A DNA stretch of 64,000 nt from Gemmatimonadota bacterium (GCA_036679605.1 JAZDCZ010000347.1:59751-123750); one strand, 5' to 3'. Positions 39,295 through 51,092 are shown, numbered from the stretch's first letter. Translations and numbers: made by a program. Notes: generated from the letters alone by a model not told the origin.

Positions 39295-39732
39295 CGGCCG
39301 TCTGTCTGAAACCTAGTTCTTGAGATCATCGATCCATAACGCATCTTTAACGGCCGTTCATAGGACCGACCGCGCTCATGCGGGGACCTCCGCGCATTCC
39401 AGTAACTCGGCGAACTCATAGTTTGCGCTGGCCGCGTCAAAATCCGGTCCGTTTGTCAATTTCTCCACGCCAGCACCTAACTGGCGGCGATCCATGGCAC
39501 GCCAAAGGCCAGCACGCTCGAAAATGCACTCGTTGCCGAGCCGCAGAAGCAATTTGCCGGGTGCCCTGGGAAACGTATCATCAACATTACGCACTCATGT
39601 ACTAAGCCGCGCATCACAGCTTGGGTAGCATCGGGGATCGACTACGATTCTCTGCATTGGGATCTTAGCGACTGGTTGTACGCTCCCAATTATGAATGTA
39701 TTCCTTGCTCGATATTCGATTCGGCGCCTTAA

Positions 39733-41013
39733 CTAACGCTGCTGCCGGTCATGCACCATCTCCCCTAGTCTCTCCAACCCCATAACCATGTTCTCCTCTG
39801 GCGGACCAAATGAGAACCGCACCCATGATTGATACGGCGATGGGCCAGCACGCTCTTTCCCAGGATTCACATCGAAGAACCGCCCCGGTACGGTCAACAC
39901 CTTGCGCTCGAGCGCGGCGCGAAAGAAACTGTCCGCGTCGTTGAGCGGCTCACGCAACGAACCGATGTCGGCCCATACGTAGAACGTACCGCTCGGCGGT
40001 ACTTCGCAACGGATCCCCATCGCCTGCAATCGCTGCAACATGATGTTGCGTTTGCGTGCAAACACCGTTCGTACAGCGTTCGTTTCCCGGTCCGCAACGT
40101 TCGGCTCCAAGATCTCGAGCGCTGCCTTCTGACACGCGATGCTGGGGCCGCCGTCGATCGCGCTGGCCGCTCGGTTCATTCGCTCCATGATATCCGCAGG
40201 GCCGAGTGCCCACCCAATGCGCAACCCAGGATAGCGGTAGCTCTTGGTAAGGCCGTCGATCACCACCACCTGATCGCTCTCCACATCGTTCACGTACTCG
40301 GCGGCAGACACCGGGCCGATGCCGGGTTTGCCCTCAGCCGAGTACACGTAATGCGAATAGAACTCGTCTAAGATCAACGCGCATTCATTGTGACGCGAGA
40401 GGTCAACGTACTTCTCTAACGCCTCACCTTGCACGAGCTGTCCAGTAGGGTTGCACGGGTTACTGAGAAGAAACGCGTTCAGACCGTATCGGCTAACCGC
40501 CGATTCCAAGACCGGTGGCGACATCACGAACCCGCCGTCCACCGTTGTGACCACCCCGAACGGCGTGACACGATAGCGATGGTAGTCGATCATGTCCTCG
40601 TATGCGGTGTAGTCGGGTAGCTGATAGCCCAGATTAATTTTGCCGAGCGTTGCGAACACCCTGGTTAGTACGAGACGTCCGCCTGCCGCGATCGTGACGT
40701 TGTCTTTCGTGTACTTGGACGGCTTGCCGCCCCTGTACAGCCTGTTGTAGTGCTCGGCCACTCTTTGGCGCAACTCGTCGGTTCCGCCGACCGGGCCATA
40801 GGCGTGCTCATGTGGCGCGAGTTCTATCTTGGAGAAGCGCGGCGGTGCACCATCGATCGGCCCTACCTCGGGCTGCCCCTGCCCCAGGTTGCTCCACTCA
40901 GGGTGGCCGTTCCAGAACCCCAGTTTCATGGCCTCGGCGACCACGTAGATCACGCCCATGTATGGGACAGGACGAAATGTATCGTTCACGGCCGTCGTCG
41001 TCTCGGCTGTCAC
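39733..41013 (-). CDS. PLP-dependent aminotransferase class I/II
   Basis: SNPCNPTG, LDEFY, DGLTKSYRYPGLRIGW, VRFSF. Confidence 0.9.
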   Translation of the reverse strand: MTAETTTAVNDTFRPVPYMGVIYVVAEAMKLGFWNGHPEWSNLGQGQPEVGPIDGAPPRFSKIELAPHEHAYGPVGGTDELRQRVAEHYNRLYRGGKPSKYTKDNVTIAAGGRLVLTRVFATLGKINLGYQLPDYTAYEDMIDYHRYRVTPFGVVTTVDGGFVMSPPVLESAVSRYGLNAFLLSNPCNPTGQLVQGEALEKYVDLSRHNECALILDEFYSHYVYSAEGKPGIGPVSAAEYVNDVESDQVVVIDGLTKSYRYPGLRIGWALGPADIMERMNRAASAIDGGPSIACQKAALEILEPNVADRETNAVRTVFARKRNIMLQRLQAMGIRCEVPPSGTFYVWADIGSLREPLNDADSFFRAALERKVLTVPGRFFDVNPGKERAGPSPYQSWVRFSFGPPEENMVMGLERLGEMVHDRQQR

Positions 41014-41020
41014 GATGCTA

Positions 41021-42553
41021 TCAGCCGCCGAACTCTATCCCCTGCGCCAGAGGCAGGTCGGTACCCCAGTTGACAGTGTTGGTCTGACGACGCATGTAAG
41101 CCTTCCACGCGTCGGAACCCGACTCGCGACCGCCCCCGGTTTCCTTTTCGCCACCGAACGCGCCACCTATCTCGGCGCCGCTGGTACCGATGTTGACGTT
41201 GGCGATGCCGCAGTCGCTGCCGCGATGCGACAGAAAATACTCCGCCTCCCGCACGTGCTCGGTGAAGATCGCAGAGGACAGCCCCTGCGGCACACCGTTA
41301 TGCAGCGACACAGCCTGTTCGATTTCGCTCACGGCTTGCTTGGGCGATGCCGAGGCACTGCCATACCCTATTATGTACAGAATCGGGGCGAAGGTTTCCT
41401 CCTGCACGATCGCGAATTCGTTGTTGGCCGATGCGATGCACGGCTTCACGTAGTGACCGCCAGGATACTCGTCGCCGTCCAACGCGTCTCCCCCACAAAG
41501 CACCTGTCCGCCCTCTTCCTGCACTCGCTTGATAGCGGTCTGTAAATCCGACACGGCGTCGTGGGTAACCAACGGCCCCATCAACGTGTCGGCCTTTCGA
41601 GGATCACCGATCCGGATGCCATCGTAAGCAGTACACAGACGCTGCTCCAATGCCTCGCGCATTGATTCGTGTACAATAATTCGGCGAGTCGACGTGCAGC
41701 GCTGTCCTGCAGTCCCAACTGCTCCAAACAAAATTGCGGGAAGAACGAGATCCATGTTGGCATTGGGGGTTACGATGATCGCGTTGTTGCCACCTAACTC
41801 CAGAATCGTTCTGCCCAGTCTCTTATTCACCACCTCGGCGACTCTATATCCCATCTGGCAACTGCCGGTCGCCGACACAAGCGGGATACGGCGGTCATGC
41901 AGCAACCTGTCGCCCACCGTAGAACCGCGCCCCACCACCAGCGACATCACCGCCGGGTCCACATCGTTTGCGTGGAGAACCCGCTCAGCGATCTTCGTAC
42001 AAGCGATCGCGGTAAGCGGTGTCTTGCTCGCCGGTTTCCACAGCACGCTGTCACCGCAGGCCACTGCAAGAGCGGCGTTCCAACTCCATACCGCAACCGG
42101 AAAATTGAATGCGCTGATCACCCCGACAACGCCGAGCGGATGCCATTGCTCGAACATTCTGTGATCGGGACGCTCGGACGGCATCGTTAGACCATAGAGC
42201 TGGCGCGAAAGACCGCAGGCGAAATCGCAGATGTCGATCATCTCCTGCACTTCGCCCTCGCCTTCGGCGACGATCTTGCCCATCTCGAGCGTTACCAGCG
42301 CGCCTAGTTCGTGCTTGACCTTGCGCAGTTCGTTGCCAAGCTGCCGTACGATCTCTCCGCGTCTCGGCGCGGGAATCGTTCGCCAGCTCAAAAAGGCGTT
42401 GTGGGCGTCCTCTGTGACCTGATTTACGGTCGCGATCACGGATCCGTCAATCGGAGTAATCACCTCTACTTCCGGACCTGATCCGATCCACTCTCCGGCA
42501 AAGCCCCCGAGGTTACTACGCCCTATGCCAAGTGTCTTTAGGAAGTCGCTCAT
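41021..42553 (-). CDS. Aldehyde dehydrogenase (ALDH7/piperideine-6-carboxylate dehydrogenase-like)
   Basis: SAFNFPVAVW, LELGGNNA, GTAGQRCT, EETFAP, GAEIGGAFGGEKETGGGRESGSDAWK. Confidence 0.92.
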   Translation of the reverse strand: MSDFLKTLGIGRSNLGGFAGEWIGSGPEVEVITPIDGSVIATVNQVTEDAHNAFLSWRTIPAPRRGEIVRQLGNELRKVKHELGALVTLEMGKIVAEGEGEVQEMIDICDFACGLSRQLYGLTMPSERPDHRMFEQWHPLGVVGVISAFNFPVAVWSWNAALAVACGDSVLWKPASKTPLTAIACTKIAERVLHANDVDPAVMSLVVGRGSTVGDRLLHDRRIPLVSATGSCQMGYRVAEVVNKRLGRTILELGGNNAIIVTPNANMDLVLPAILFGAVGTAGQRCTSTRRIIVHESMREALEQRLCTAYDGIRIGDPRKADTLMGPLVTHDAVSDLQTAIKRVQEEGGQVLCGGDALDGDEYPGGHYVKPCIASANNEFAIVQEETFAPILYIIGYGSASASPKQAVSEIEQAVSLHNGVPQGLSSAIFTEHVREAEYFLSHRGSDCGIANVNIGTSGAEIGGAFGGEKETGGGRESGSDAWKAYMRRQTNTVNWGTDLPLAQGIEFGG

Positions 42554-42833
42554 GATTTTCTGATCTTGGGTTTGCTGGATATCTGCACCAAATACGAGGA
42601 CGGATTCTAGCAGGTTTGCCGATGATGGGCCACCGACCACACTAGATTGATCAGTTCTTGGTACAAAATACGGTGCCAGCCTTGTGTGGATGTAACCGGA
42701 GTCTCGTCTGCCGCGCAGCATGCCTGCTGTGTCCCGGAGCGCGCGTCGGTGAGCACGGGAGGGCTAGTTGGGATGTCTGGTCTCTGCTCGCGAACCGCAG
42801 TGCGCGGAGAGACAGTGCCGGCATGCGAAGCAA

Positions 42834-43958
42834 TCAATCAGATCTGGGACCGCGGCAGTTACGTCTGATCTCGCGCTCGACCTTCCGCGGATCGTCGATC
42901 ACCTCGTAGAAATCATCGAAGTACTCGATGGTACGCTTCAACATTTTGGGATCCAGACCCTCCTGGGTGCTGTAGAGAGCATAAATGTCATCCCGCCGAT
43001 CGCGGAGAAGTGCAAACACGTTGTCGAGATATCGTTCGGAACGGCACAGTCCGCGGTAGATCCTCTTCGTGACGTTGCTGACGCGTGCTCCTGGCGTAGC
43101 CTGGTACAATCGATTGACATACCGCGGCGATACGAGCCCGGTGATGTCGAAGTCGAACGGTACTGGAAAAACCGGACCTTGCATCGAACCGATTGGGCTC
43201 GTGTTATGGCAGCACTCGCCCTTGCCCTTCTCCGCCGCGAAGGCAGACCAGTCCGGATTCCCTATCATGTATTGGAATACCTCAACGAGGCTCAGATACT
43301 CAGGATCGACATATCCGGGCGATAAGACTCTAACCTTGATCGCCTCCCGGTCGTTACGGGCCGCCATCATCTCCTTCTGCTCAATGAGAAATCCGTACTT
43401 GGTGATCACATCTCTGCGATCCTCACTATCCACGTAAGTTATGCGTGCCAGACGCACTCTGAAGCTCAAGTCCGTAAGTAAATTGAATGCGCGGTATAGG
43501 AGGTACTCCTTAAGGAGGAACTGCTCATACTCGTCCCTTCCGTCTTGGCAGTGAGTCACGAGCTTCAACTTGTCTTGACCGGCAAAGATCGTCTGCTTGG
43601 TCTGTCCGGTCTGAAAGTTGAGCCGCACAGGCGGAAAGTTGCAGATGTCCTTGCGAAGCCGACTGTTGCCCCTCGTTCTGATCTTGATATCCAGGCTGGT
43701 AGAGTCTCCGTTCGATCCCCGCAATACCAACGTGCCAGGGTGCTCTTCACTCTCCTGGTTCCGGTCATTCAGAATGTCGCGCAGCGGAGCGCGGATCTCA
43801 AAAGACAAGAGATCGTGAGTCTCAAACAGAGTTGTCGCTCCCTCCGGAACGGAGCCTGAATCAGTCTGTGTTGCGCGAATCGACGATGGCCAGGCAATCG
43901 ACGCGATTACGATACCGGCGTAGACAACCCGAAGTGAACGGGTTTGGACGGCTGACAT
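42834..43958 (-). CDS. Secreted hypothetical protein (CotH/kinase-like fold possible)
   Basis: Signal-like N-terminus; [35 protein letters not shown]. Confidence 0.7.
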   Translation of the reverse strand: MSAVQTRSLRVVYAGIVIASIAWPSSIRATQTDSGSVPEGATTLFETHDLLSFEIRAPLRDILNDRNQESEEHPGTLVLRGSNGDSTSLDIKIRTRGNSRLRKDICNFPPVRLNFQTGQTKQTIFAGQDKLKLVTHCQDGRDEYEQFLLKEYLLYRAFNLLTDLSFRVRLARITYVDSEDRRDVITKYGFLIEQKEMMAARNDREAIKVRVLSPGYVDPEYLSLVEVFQYMIGNPDWSAFAAEKGKGECCHNTSPIGSMQGPVFPVPFDFDITGLVSPRYVNRLYQATPGARVSNVTKRIYRGLCRSERYLDNVFALLRDRRDDIYALYSTQEGLDPKMLKRTIEYFDDFYEVIDDPRKVEREIRRNCRGPRSD

Positions 43959-44127
43959 GGGATCCTCGTCTCCTGAAAGTCCCTGGGGGATGGTTGCCAG
44001 AGCTATCATAGCACCGCCACACAAAGGTCGCCATACACCGCCTAGACTCTCACTACGGGGGCCTCCCACTGGATTGATTGTGCTCCAGGCTGTAGCATTG
44101 AACTCGACGCACAGAACTGAGGCAAAG

Positions 44128-45537
44128 ATGACAACGAGCGGGCCGGAGACCCGAACCGAAAGCGACAGCATGGGACCCATCGAGGTCCCGTCGAACAAAT
44201 ACTGGGGCGCACAGACGGCGCGATCCTTGATCCACTTTTCGATCGGGCGGGACCATATGCCGATTGAGGTCATCAGGGCGTTTGGCGTGCTAAAGAAGGC
44301 CGCGGCACTCACCAACCGAGAACTGGGCAAGCTGGACGAAAAGCTCACCAACTTCATTGTGGCGGCTGCAGCGGAGGTGAGCGACGGAAAGCTGGACGAT
44401 CACTTCCCACTCCATGTGTGGCAGACGGGAAGCGGTACGCAGTCCAACATGAATGCCAACGAGGTGATCGCGAACCGCGCGATCGAGATGGCCAACGGGG
44501 AAAAGGGAAGCAAGGATCCTGTCCACCCTAACGATCATGTCAACATGTCTCAGTCGTCGAACGACACGTTCCCGACTGCGATGCATATAGCATCAGCCAA
44601 GTTGGTTAAACAACAGCTCATTCCCGCTGTCGCACACTTGCGCGACGCGCTTGCCGGCAGGGAGAAGGAGTTCGCCGAGATAGTGAAGATCGGCCGTACC
44701 CATTTGCAAGATGCTGTACCGCTCACGTTAGGGCAGGAGTTCTCCGGATATGTAGCCCAGCTCGATGCCGATATCGCCCGAGTAGAGAGCAGCCTCCCGG
44801 ATCTCTACAGACTAGCCATTGGTGGAACAGCCGTTGGAACCGGACTCAACACTCCTGCCGGATTCGGAGAGAAGTGCGCAGCACACATTGCCGAACTAAC
44901 CGGGCTTCCGTTCGAATCGGCGCCGAACAAATTCGCCGAGTTGGGTGCGCACGATGCCATGGTAATGGCGCACGGCGCGCTCAAGGTGTTGGCGTGTTCC
45001 TTGATGAAGATCGCCAACGACATTCGTTGGGCTGGATCGGGACCAAGATCTGGGCTGGGTGAACTCAAACTCCCTGCAAACGAGCCCGGCTCATCTATCA
45101 TGCCCGGGAAGGTCAACCCCACCCAGTGCGAGGCAATGACCATGGTAACTGCTCAGGTCTTGGGCAATGATACAGCGATAGCGATCGGCGGCTCGCAGGG
45201 AAACTTTGAACTCAATGTTTTCAAACCAATGATCGTCTTCAATCTCATCAACTCGGCAATTCTACTAGCCGATGCGTGTGAGTCGTTCCGCAAGTATCTC
45301 GTGGAGGGCCTAACAGCCAACGAGCAACGAATTGCGGAGTTGGTGAACAACTCGCTAATGCTGGTAACAGCCCTTGCACCCAAGATCGGTTACGACAAGG
45401 CGGCGGAAATCGCCAAGAAGGCCGACAAGGAGGGTACGACGCTCAAGACTGCCGCATTGGCGCTGGGATACCTGTCAGAGATCGAGTTCGATGCCGCAGT
45501 CAAGCCTCGGGAAATGGCACATCCGCACGGGAGCTAA
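44128..45537 (+). CDS. fumC: Class II fumarate hydratase
   Basis: [52 protein letters not shown]. Confidence 0.97.
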   Translation: MTTSGPETRTESDSMGPIEVPSNKYWGAQTARSLIHFSIGRDHMPIEVIRAFGVLKKAAALTNRELGKLDEKLTNFIVAAAAEVSDGKLDDHFPLHVWQTGSGTQSNMNANEVIANRAIEMANGEKGSKDPVHPNDHVNMSQSSNDTFPTAMHIASAKLVKQQLIPAVAHLRDALAGREKEFAEIVKIGRTHLQDAVPLTLGQEFSGYVAQLDADIARVESSLPDLYRLAIGGTAVGTGLNTPAGFGEKCAAHIAELTGLPFESAPNKFAELGAHDAMVMAHGALKVLACSLMKIANDIRWAGSGPRSGLGELKLPANEPGSSIMPGKVNPTQCEAMTMVTAQVLGNDTAIAIGGSQGNFELNVFKPMIVFNLINSAILLADACESFRKYLVEGLTANEQRIAELVNNSLMLVTALAPKIGYDKAAEIAKKADKEGTTLKTAALALGYLSEIEFDAAVKPREMAHPHGS

Positions 45538-45567
45538 CCCCCCTCCCGTCATCCGACCGGCTGACGC

Positions 45568-47331
45568 CTAGATCCCAGCTGTGAGCAACCGAAAGTACGA
45601 GTTTATGTCGAAGCCGGTTGGATCAACATCGAACTGGCGCCCACGGTCAAAATGTCCAGTTGTGGGGAAATACGGCGGCGGAGCGTCACTCGTGCACTGA
45701 TCGTACGAATACCTCTTGAGATATCCCCGTCCCGATGTCAGACCCACAGCACCACGCTGGCGTTGGATAATTCCACCCGTAAGATAGAGACATCCCCTTC
45801 CGACGTTCGAGCCTTCACATTTCTCCGCGCGGGTCGATCCGCTGGCATAGTTCTCAACCGTAAACACATTGAGCGCTAGTACCACGCCGTGTATGAACTC
45901 ATCCTTCGTGTCATCGTACGTCACGTAGTTGTTATTGCGATAATTCCTCGGGCGTTTCGGCCGGTACGGAGCGTTGAGTGGATTATCCGCTACCACCACA
46001 TCCCTGCCGCTAAAAATGCCGAGCACATCGGCGCAGGTTCCAGCACCGGGGTCAGTAGCGTAGGTGACGTCGTCGGCAATCACAATGTCGTCCGTAGCTG
46101 CTACCGTCAGGCGCCCTCTCACGACACCGGAGATCGCCAACTTACCTTGCACGAAAATTACGCCTTTGAACCCGGGGTTCAATGCACGTGATATCGGAAA
46201 TAGATATTGAGCGTCCGGCCGTGTAGCCACCAGCGGGTTAACTGGCCCCGACCACTGAAGCCAATGCCCGATTCCGTCATTCTGTACGAAAGCGCCCGAC
46301 AGCGAATCCGAGCCTCCCAGATAACAGCGTCGAGCGTTGTTCTGCACCGACGCGATCCAGCTATCAGGACCAGAGTTCGGATGTGCGCTCGCAGATACAA
46401 ATGTTCCGTTTACATGATAGTGGCCGCATGTAGTAGAATTTCGCAAACCGTTGCTTGAGTAGTCTGTGGGCACATCACCGGTAACCCAGTTCGCGTTGCC
46501 CAGAGCTTGATAGACCCGTACGAATCCCTCATTAGCATCCGTGGAATCCCCATCACCATTTAGGTCCAGGGCGACGAACTCTATACGTGTAGTTGCCTCA
46601 CCCTTTCCCCCTATGCTATTCCCGACAAAGGCCGTCCCTCCGGCTGCTCCTTGAGTCTGGAGCTTGAGCAGATCCGCCGTAAGCGGCATAGCAATAACCT
46701 TCCCGCTCTCCACGTAACCTTGGTCAAACGTCGCATACCTTTTCTGGTAAATCGTTCTAGCCGTCTCGACTGAACTATGGAAGGTCGCGCCAGTATAATG
46801 GATCTTGATCTGATCGTTCGAATGAACGGGGCCCCATATTTGATCGCCGCTTGCAAACCAAATATTGCCCTCGATGGTCGTGAAATACGCAAAGTTCGCA
46901 AAACTTTCCTGGTTGACTGCAGCCCGCCGCACCACTCGATTGCCAACCTGGTCTTCTGCGACCACGACGATACTACCGAACACTCCATACTGGCCACTGG
47001 TAATGCCGGTGGGCCCAGCGTAACTCCATCGTCTAACATTTGGAATGGTAGCGCCGGCAGCATCCGTCACTGCCACACCATTCTCCAGAGTCAGGTATCC
47101 GCTGTCTGGATACAGTGCTCGATTGCCATTGAGTCGAGCCCGTGCCTCTTCCAACCCGGCATCTGCAACTACGTTCAACTGACTCTGGCGATCGTTGTAA
47201 CGACTGATCGCTGAAACCGACAACATCAGCATCGAAGCCCCGAGAGCAAGTGCTGCCATCGCTACCGCGAGCAGCACCACTATCATCAGAGCTATGCCCT
47301 TTTCATTGCTCACTTTGCTAATTCGAGTCAT
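45568..47331 (-). CDS. PilX-like minor pilin with large C-terminal domain
   Basis: EKG|IALMIVVLL cleavage site lacking Glu5; ADAGLEEAR PilX motif. Confidence 0.75.
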   Translation of the reverse strand: MTRISKVSNEKGIALMIVVLLAVAMAALALGASMLMLSVSAISRYNDRQSQLNVVADAGLEEARARLNGNRALYPDSGYLTLENGVAVTDAAGATIPNVRRWSYAGPTGITSGQYGVFGSIVVVAEDQVGNRVVRRAAVNQESFANFAYFTTIEGNIWFASGDQIWGPVHSNDQIKIHYTGATFHSSVETARTIYQKRYATFDQGYVESGKVIAMPLTADLLKLQTQGAAGGTAFVGNSIGGKGEATTRIEFVALDLNGDGDSTDANEGFVRVYQALGNANWVTGDVPTDYSSNGLRNSTTCGHYHVNGTFVSASAHPNSGPDSWIASVQNNARRCYLGGSDSLSGAFVQNDGIGHWLQWSGPVNPLVATRPDAQYLFPISRALNPGFKGVIFVQGKLAISGVVRGRLTVAATDDIVIADDVTYATDPGAGTCADVLGIFSGRDVVVADNPLNAPYRPKRPRNYRNNNYVTYDDTKDEFIHGVVLALNVFTVENYASGSTRAEKCEGSNVGRGCLYLTGGIIQRQRGAVGLTSGRGYLKRYSYDQCTSDAPPPYFPTTGHFDRGRQFDVDPTGFDINSYFRLLTAGI

Positions 47332-47367
47332 GATATTGCTCCACTTTCTCAGCTTAGCTCTAACTAT

Positions 47368-48536
47368 CACGGAGTAACAGGCCCGGTTGAGACCATCGTG
47401 GAGAGGGAAGGCGTGCAGTCCTGCGCTGCGACTGCATAGAAATACGACGTCCCCTGCACCGCCGCCTGGTCTTGGTACGTGTACGAGGGATTGCCCGCGG
47501 GGATGCTGAGATATGGGTTCCCCCAACTTGTCTGTGAGGCCTCGCGTCGCCACACTACGTACCGCATCACGTCTGCCTCGCCTCCAACTTCATCTACTGC
47601 CGCTCCCCACCCAAGGTCAACGACTCGTTCGCCCGTAGGTAGACTGCTGGCATTCGCGCTCATTGTCGAGCCGAAAATGGGGTCTGATCCGCATGTCCGT
47701 TTCGAACGCAGGCCTGCATTAGGCATGCGAACCACAACTGCGAAGGATCTTACCCGTTGAGCAGCACCGGCGCGTCCATTGGTTGCCGTAAGATTGACTT
47801 TGACACCTCGGATGCTGTCGATGCGGGCAAACGATCCTGAATCAGCTGTTGATCCATGAATAGGGACCGAATGCGACAGAGGCAACATTGCCGATGACAC
47901 AGTATCAATTCCAATGGTTCCGCCAACGTCCCGCACCCATAGGTACTCGAAGAATGGCTCTCCTGGTGTCTTCAAGAGATTTCGACTTACCAGTTCAGTC
48001 TTGTCGTTTACCTGTCGAAAGAGCCCATAGTCATCCACTCGAGACGTCGACGAATCGGGTCGAAAATAGAGGACGATGGTCTCGGCAGGGCTTATCCCGA
48101 TTCCGCCCGGTCCAGAATATGTTGTGTCAGGATACAGAACTCCCGTCTGCGGGATCGTGATCGCATTGAGTTTCCCAAGAGCTGTCACTGCTCGATCCGG
48201 GGCGTCTGTATCCACGTATACTGCGAACGGATCGTTGGCTACGTTACTCGTGTGATCTCCATTGAATGCCACAACATCATCACCTGCATACACCAAGAAG
48301 GGCTGGCCGTCTGGAACATTAGACCCCACCGATCGGAGGTCGAGTTCGACTTGGTTGGCAGCAAATCTGAGATTCTGTAGTGTGCCCATTCCGTCCGAGC
48401 CCACACGAAATGCTCGGCTCTGCGATCTCAGGAATCCCAGAGATGCCCCTACTATCACGCTGAATACTCCTAGCGCGATGATCATCTCCAAAAGCGTGAG
48501 TCCGCGGTCGTCTGAAACAAGTCTCTTCAGTCTCAT
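47368..48536 (-). CDS. PilW-like prepilin with C-terminal FN3-like domain
   Basis: RG|LTLLEMIIAL; QNLRFA..ELDLR; YTYQD...YFYAVAAQD. Confidence 0.8.
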
Positions 48537-48931
48537 GGTGCTGCCACACTTATCGTACGCGAGATTGGATCGACGAGGCCGGCTGCCTGGACACTCACCG
48601 ATATCTTCACATAATCCACCGGCTGACCAGGCCCTCCGACGTGGACGACTGTCGTCTTCCGAGTGGCACCGGGAAGCGATGGAAGGTTTGCCTCAGTGCC
48701 AGCATAGGCCGAGTCTAGTCGTGAATAGTTCGGCTCCATCTCTATCTCACTGAGCCTGCTGTCTACAAGCGCCAGGGCTGCAGCCTTCTGTTGACTTACC
48801 GCCACCATGTGAACCATGCCACCCATGGTCGACGACATCCCGAGAATCACGACGCCCAAAATACTCATCGCCATCATCACTTCTATCAGAGTGAAACCCT
48901 TGTTACGCAACACTAGGACCCCCTTATCCAT
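48533..48931 (-). CDS. PilV-like prepilin
   Basis: KG|FTLIEVMMAM. Confidence 0.8.
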   Translation of the reverse strand: MDKGVLVLRNKGFTLIEVMMAMSILGVVILGMSSTMGGMVHMVAVSQQKAAALALVDSRLSEIEMEPNYSRLDSAYAGTEANLPSLPGATRKTTVVHVGGPGQPVDYVKISVSVQAAGLVDPISRTISVAAP

Positions 48932-49479
48932 TCGGATCCGTCGAATCTGTAGGTCGCAACCCTTCCCGTGGCGCGGTCCACCACAACCAAACGGGAATCT
49001 CGGGGATGGGTCCCGCCATTCCGATTTCGCTTTGATGTGAGGTAAATCCCGCCATACTCGCTCGCCGACCCGTTTCGATGAAACGTGACCGCCGGCATAT
49101 TTTCCACTCTCTTGCTGAACGTTATGGGACCTGCACCCACCGGGTGCAGCGGTGTGGAAGAACCAAGGCCGATTACGACCTGATCACTTAGTGGCAGTGC
49201 GGTAGTGTGCTCACCATTGCCAACTGCGCCATCGTTATCTAAGTCGTCGTGGACTCTGATGACGCTGTTGGCAACGTCAAACCTTACAATCACATCGTGC
49301 TGACGAGTGACAGCAAGGCGTTGTGCCATCAGCATTCTATTGCCAACTCCGCGTACTGCGCTGTCAATGCGGAAGCGTGTGTAATCAATACGGGGGGCTG
49401 CGAGAGAGGCGACTATACCGATTACCGCCACCACCATGATCATTTCTACCAATGTGAAGCCAGCCATACGTCTGTCCAT
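48913..49479 (-). CDS. FimT/GspH-like prepilin
   Basis: AG|FTLVEMIMV; AQRLAV; VTFHRNG; TGRV. Confidence 0.82.
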   Translation of the reverse strand: MDRRMAGFTLVEMIMVVAVIGIVASLAAPRIDYTRFRIDSAVRGVGNRMLMAQRLAVTRQHDVIVRFDVANSVIRVHDDLDNDGAVGNGEHTTALPLSDQVVIGLGSSTPLHPVGAGPITFSKRVENMPAVTFHRNGSASEYGGIYLTSKRNRNGGTHPRDSRLVVVDRATGRVATYRFDGSEWIRGS

Positions 49480-49865
49480 TTGGCTACACTCCTCTCGGCC
49501 GATTATCTATATCCCGAGCTGCTGCAATACTATCTTCCGGCCACCTCAATATTGCGTCGTGTACCCAGCACTGCGGTGATCCTTCTCACCTAATACCTGC
49601 CCAATCACAGGTGAGCTAGCTTACATTCCATTTCGTCGCATATTCCGCTTGCCACGAAATACCCTACCTGATGTGAGAGTGCCTAGAAACAGACCACATC
49701 CAGCGAGCACATCGAGAGCACCGCCAAAAGTGGAATGGAGTACCAGTCGTTTTCATATCTCGAGAGGGCAACCGACTACGGCGAGTTCGAACTTGCCGCC
49801 GATGTGGAACGTGTAGAATTGTATTTGGCAAACCTAGAGGATGTTGCAGGAAGTGTGGGTATGGC

Positions 49866-51089
49866 TCAGCGGCTCACGTCACGCGGGGATTTCCCGACCT
49901 GCTGTTCGTAGACGGCCGGATCCGTGGCCCCCTCGGTGCCTATCGTAACGATCCGCGATGCGTGATCCACTCCCAACTGCCTCCTAGCGTCCTCGTCTTG
50001 CGCTGCGACCAACACGGCAGCCAATCCGGCCACGCCCGATTCGCCGCCGACTATTTGAGAGTCGCCAAACGGAGCCTCCGCCAACAGACGCATGGTGGCA
50101 GCGGCCGCCTCATCGGAAATCGCGATCGCGAAGTCCGCCGCGCGCGCCAGTATGGACCAAGCGAACCTCGACATTTCACCTGCCGCTAGGCCCGCCATGA
50201 TCGTATCGAGTTCGCCGGTCACGACCTGTGGACTTCCAACTTCTACACTGCGACGGATGCAATCGGCTACCGTTGCCTCCACAACGACCAGGATCGGGCG
50301 ACTACTTCCCCACCTTTCTGCTCCGAAGATCGCGGATGCTGCGGCCAATCCGCCCACTCCAGCCTGCACGAACATATGAGTTGGAATAATGTCTTGCGGT
50401 AATTGTTCTGACATTTCGTGCAGCAGCGCCGCGTATCCCGCAAACGTGTCGTTCGCGATCGCTGGCTCGGTAGCGCGCTCGGTTTCCGAGACCACATACC
50501 AGCCGTTCTGCTCTGCCGCCTGGGAGCACTCCCGCGAGGCTTGCTCGTGATTGCCCGTGCTGCGCACGACCTCGGCACCAAACGATGCGATGGCCGCTTC
50601 ACGCGATGCGCTTACGAGTGAGGCCATATAGACGACTGCGCGGCAGCCGAACAATCGTGCCGCCCATGCGACCGCGCGTCCGTGATTGCCGTCTGTGGCG
50701 CATGTGACCGTCACATCAGAAGTAAGATTGCTATACTTGCCGTCCAGAAGATCACGGGGCGTGATGTTGTCAATGCCCGCCTTCCGCATAACATGCCTGG
50801 CCACGATGCGGGATACTGCATACCCTCCGCCCATTGGCTTGAAACTGTCGAGCCCGAATCGCGTACCCTCATCCTTGTACCAGATCTGACCCACACCAAT
50901 CGCTCGAGCAACGCCGCCTAAGTCGAAGAGCGGAGTAGCAGCATACCTGGGCCAGGAACGGATTTCATCCAGCGCCTGCCGCTTCGCTTCCGACGATCTA
51001 ACACCTTCGGCACCGTCCAGAAACGAGGAGCCACGATCGGCGTTGGGGTTAGGGGTGAATCGGAACGCAGTGGTCGGGAGCAGAGTCAC
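49866..51089 (-). CDS. Diaminopropionate ammonia-lyase family PLP enzyme
   Basis: YAATPL, KDEGTRFGLDSFK, ATDGNHGRAVAW, QAGVGG, TIMAGL, GESG, TEGATDP. Confidence 0.88.
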   Translation of the reverse strand: MTLLPTTAFRFTPNPNADRGSSFLDGAEGVRSSEAKRQALDEIRSWPRYAATPLFDLGGVARAIGVGQIWYKDEGTRFGLDSFKPMGGGYAVSRIVARHVMRKAGIDNITPRDLLDGKYSNLTSDVTVTCATDGNHGRAVAWAARLFGCRAVVYMASLVSASREAAIASFGAEVVRSTGNHEQASRECSQAAEQNGWYVVSETERATEPAIANDTFAGYAALLHEMSEQLPQDIIPTHMFVQAGVGGLAAASAIFGAERWGSSRPILVVVEATVADCIRRSVEVGSPQVVTGELDTIMAGLAAGEMSRFAWSILARAADFAIAISDEAAAATMRLLAEAPFGDSQIVGGESGVAGLAAVLVAAQDEDARRQLGVDHASRIVTIGTEGATDPAVYEQQVGKSPRDVSR

Positions 51090-51092
51090 CGA

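Noticed and set aside
42395..42425. Possible short in-frame deletion in ALDH (VTED|AHNAF)
   Set aside because: Seems shorter than remembered homologs but cannot be verified without an alignment; the frame and catalytic motifs are intact.
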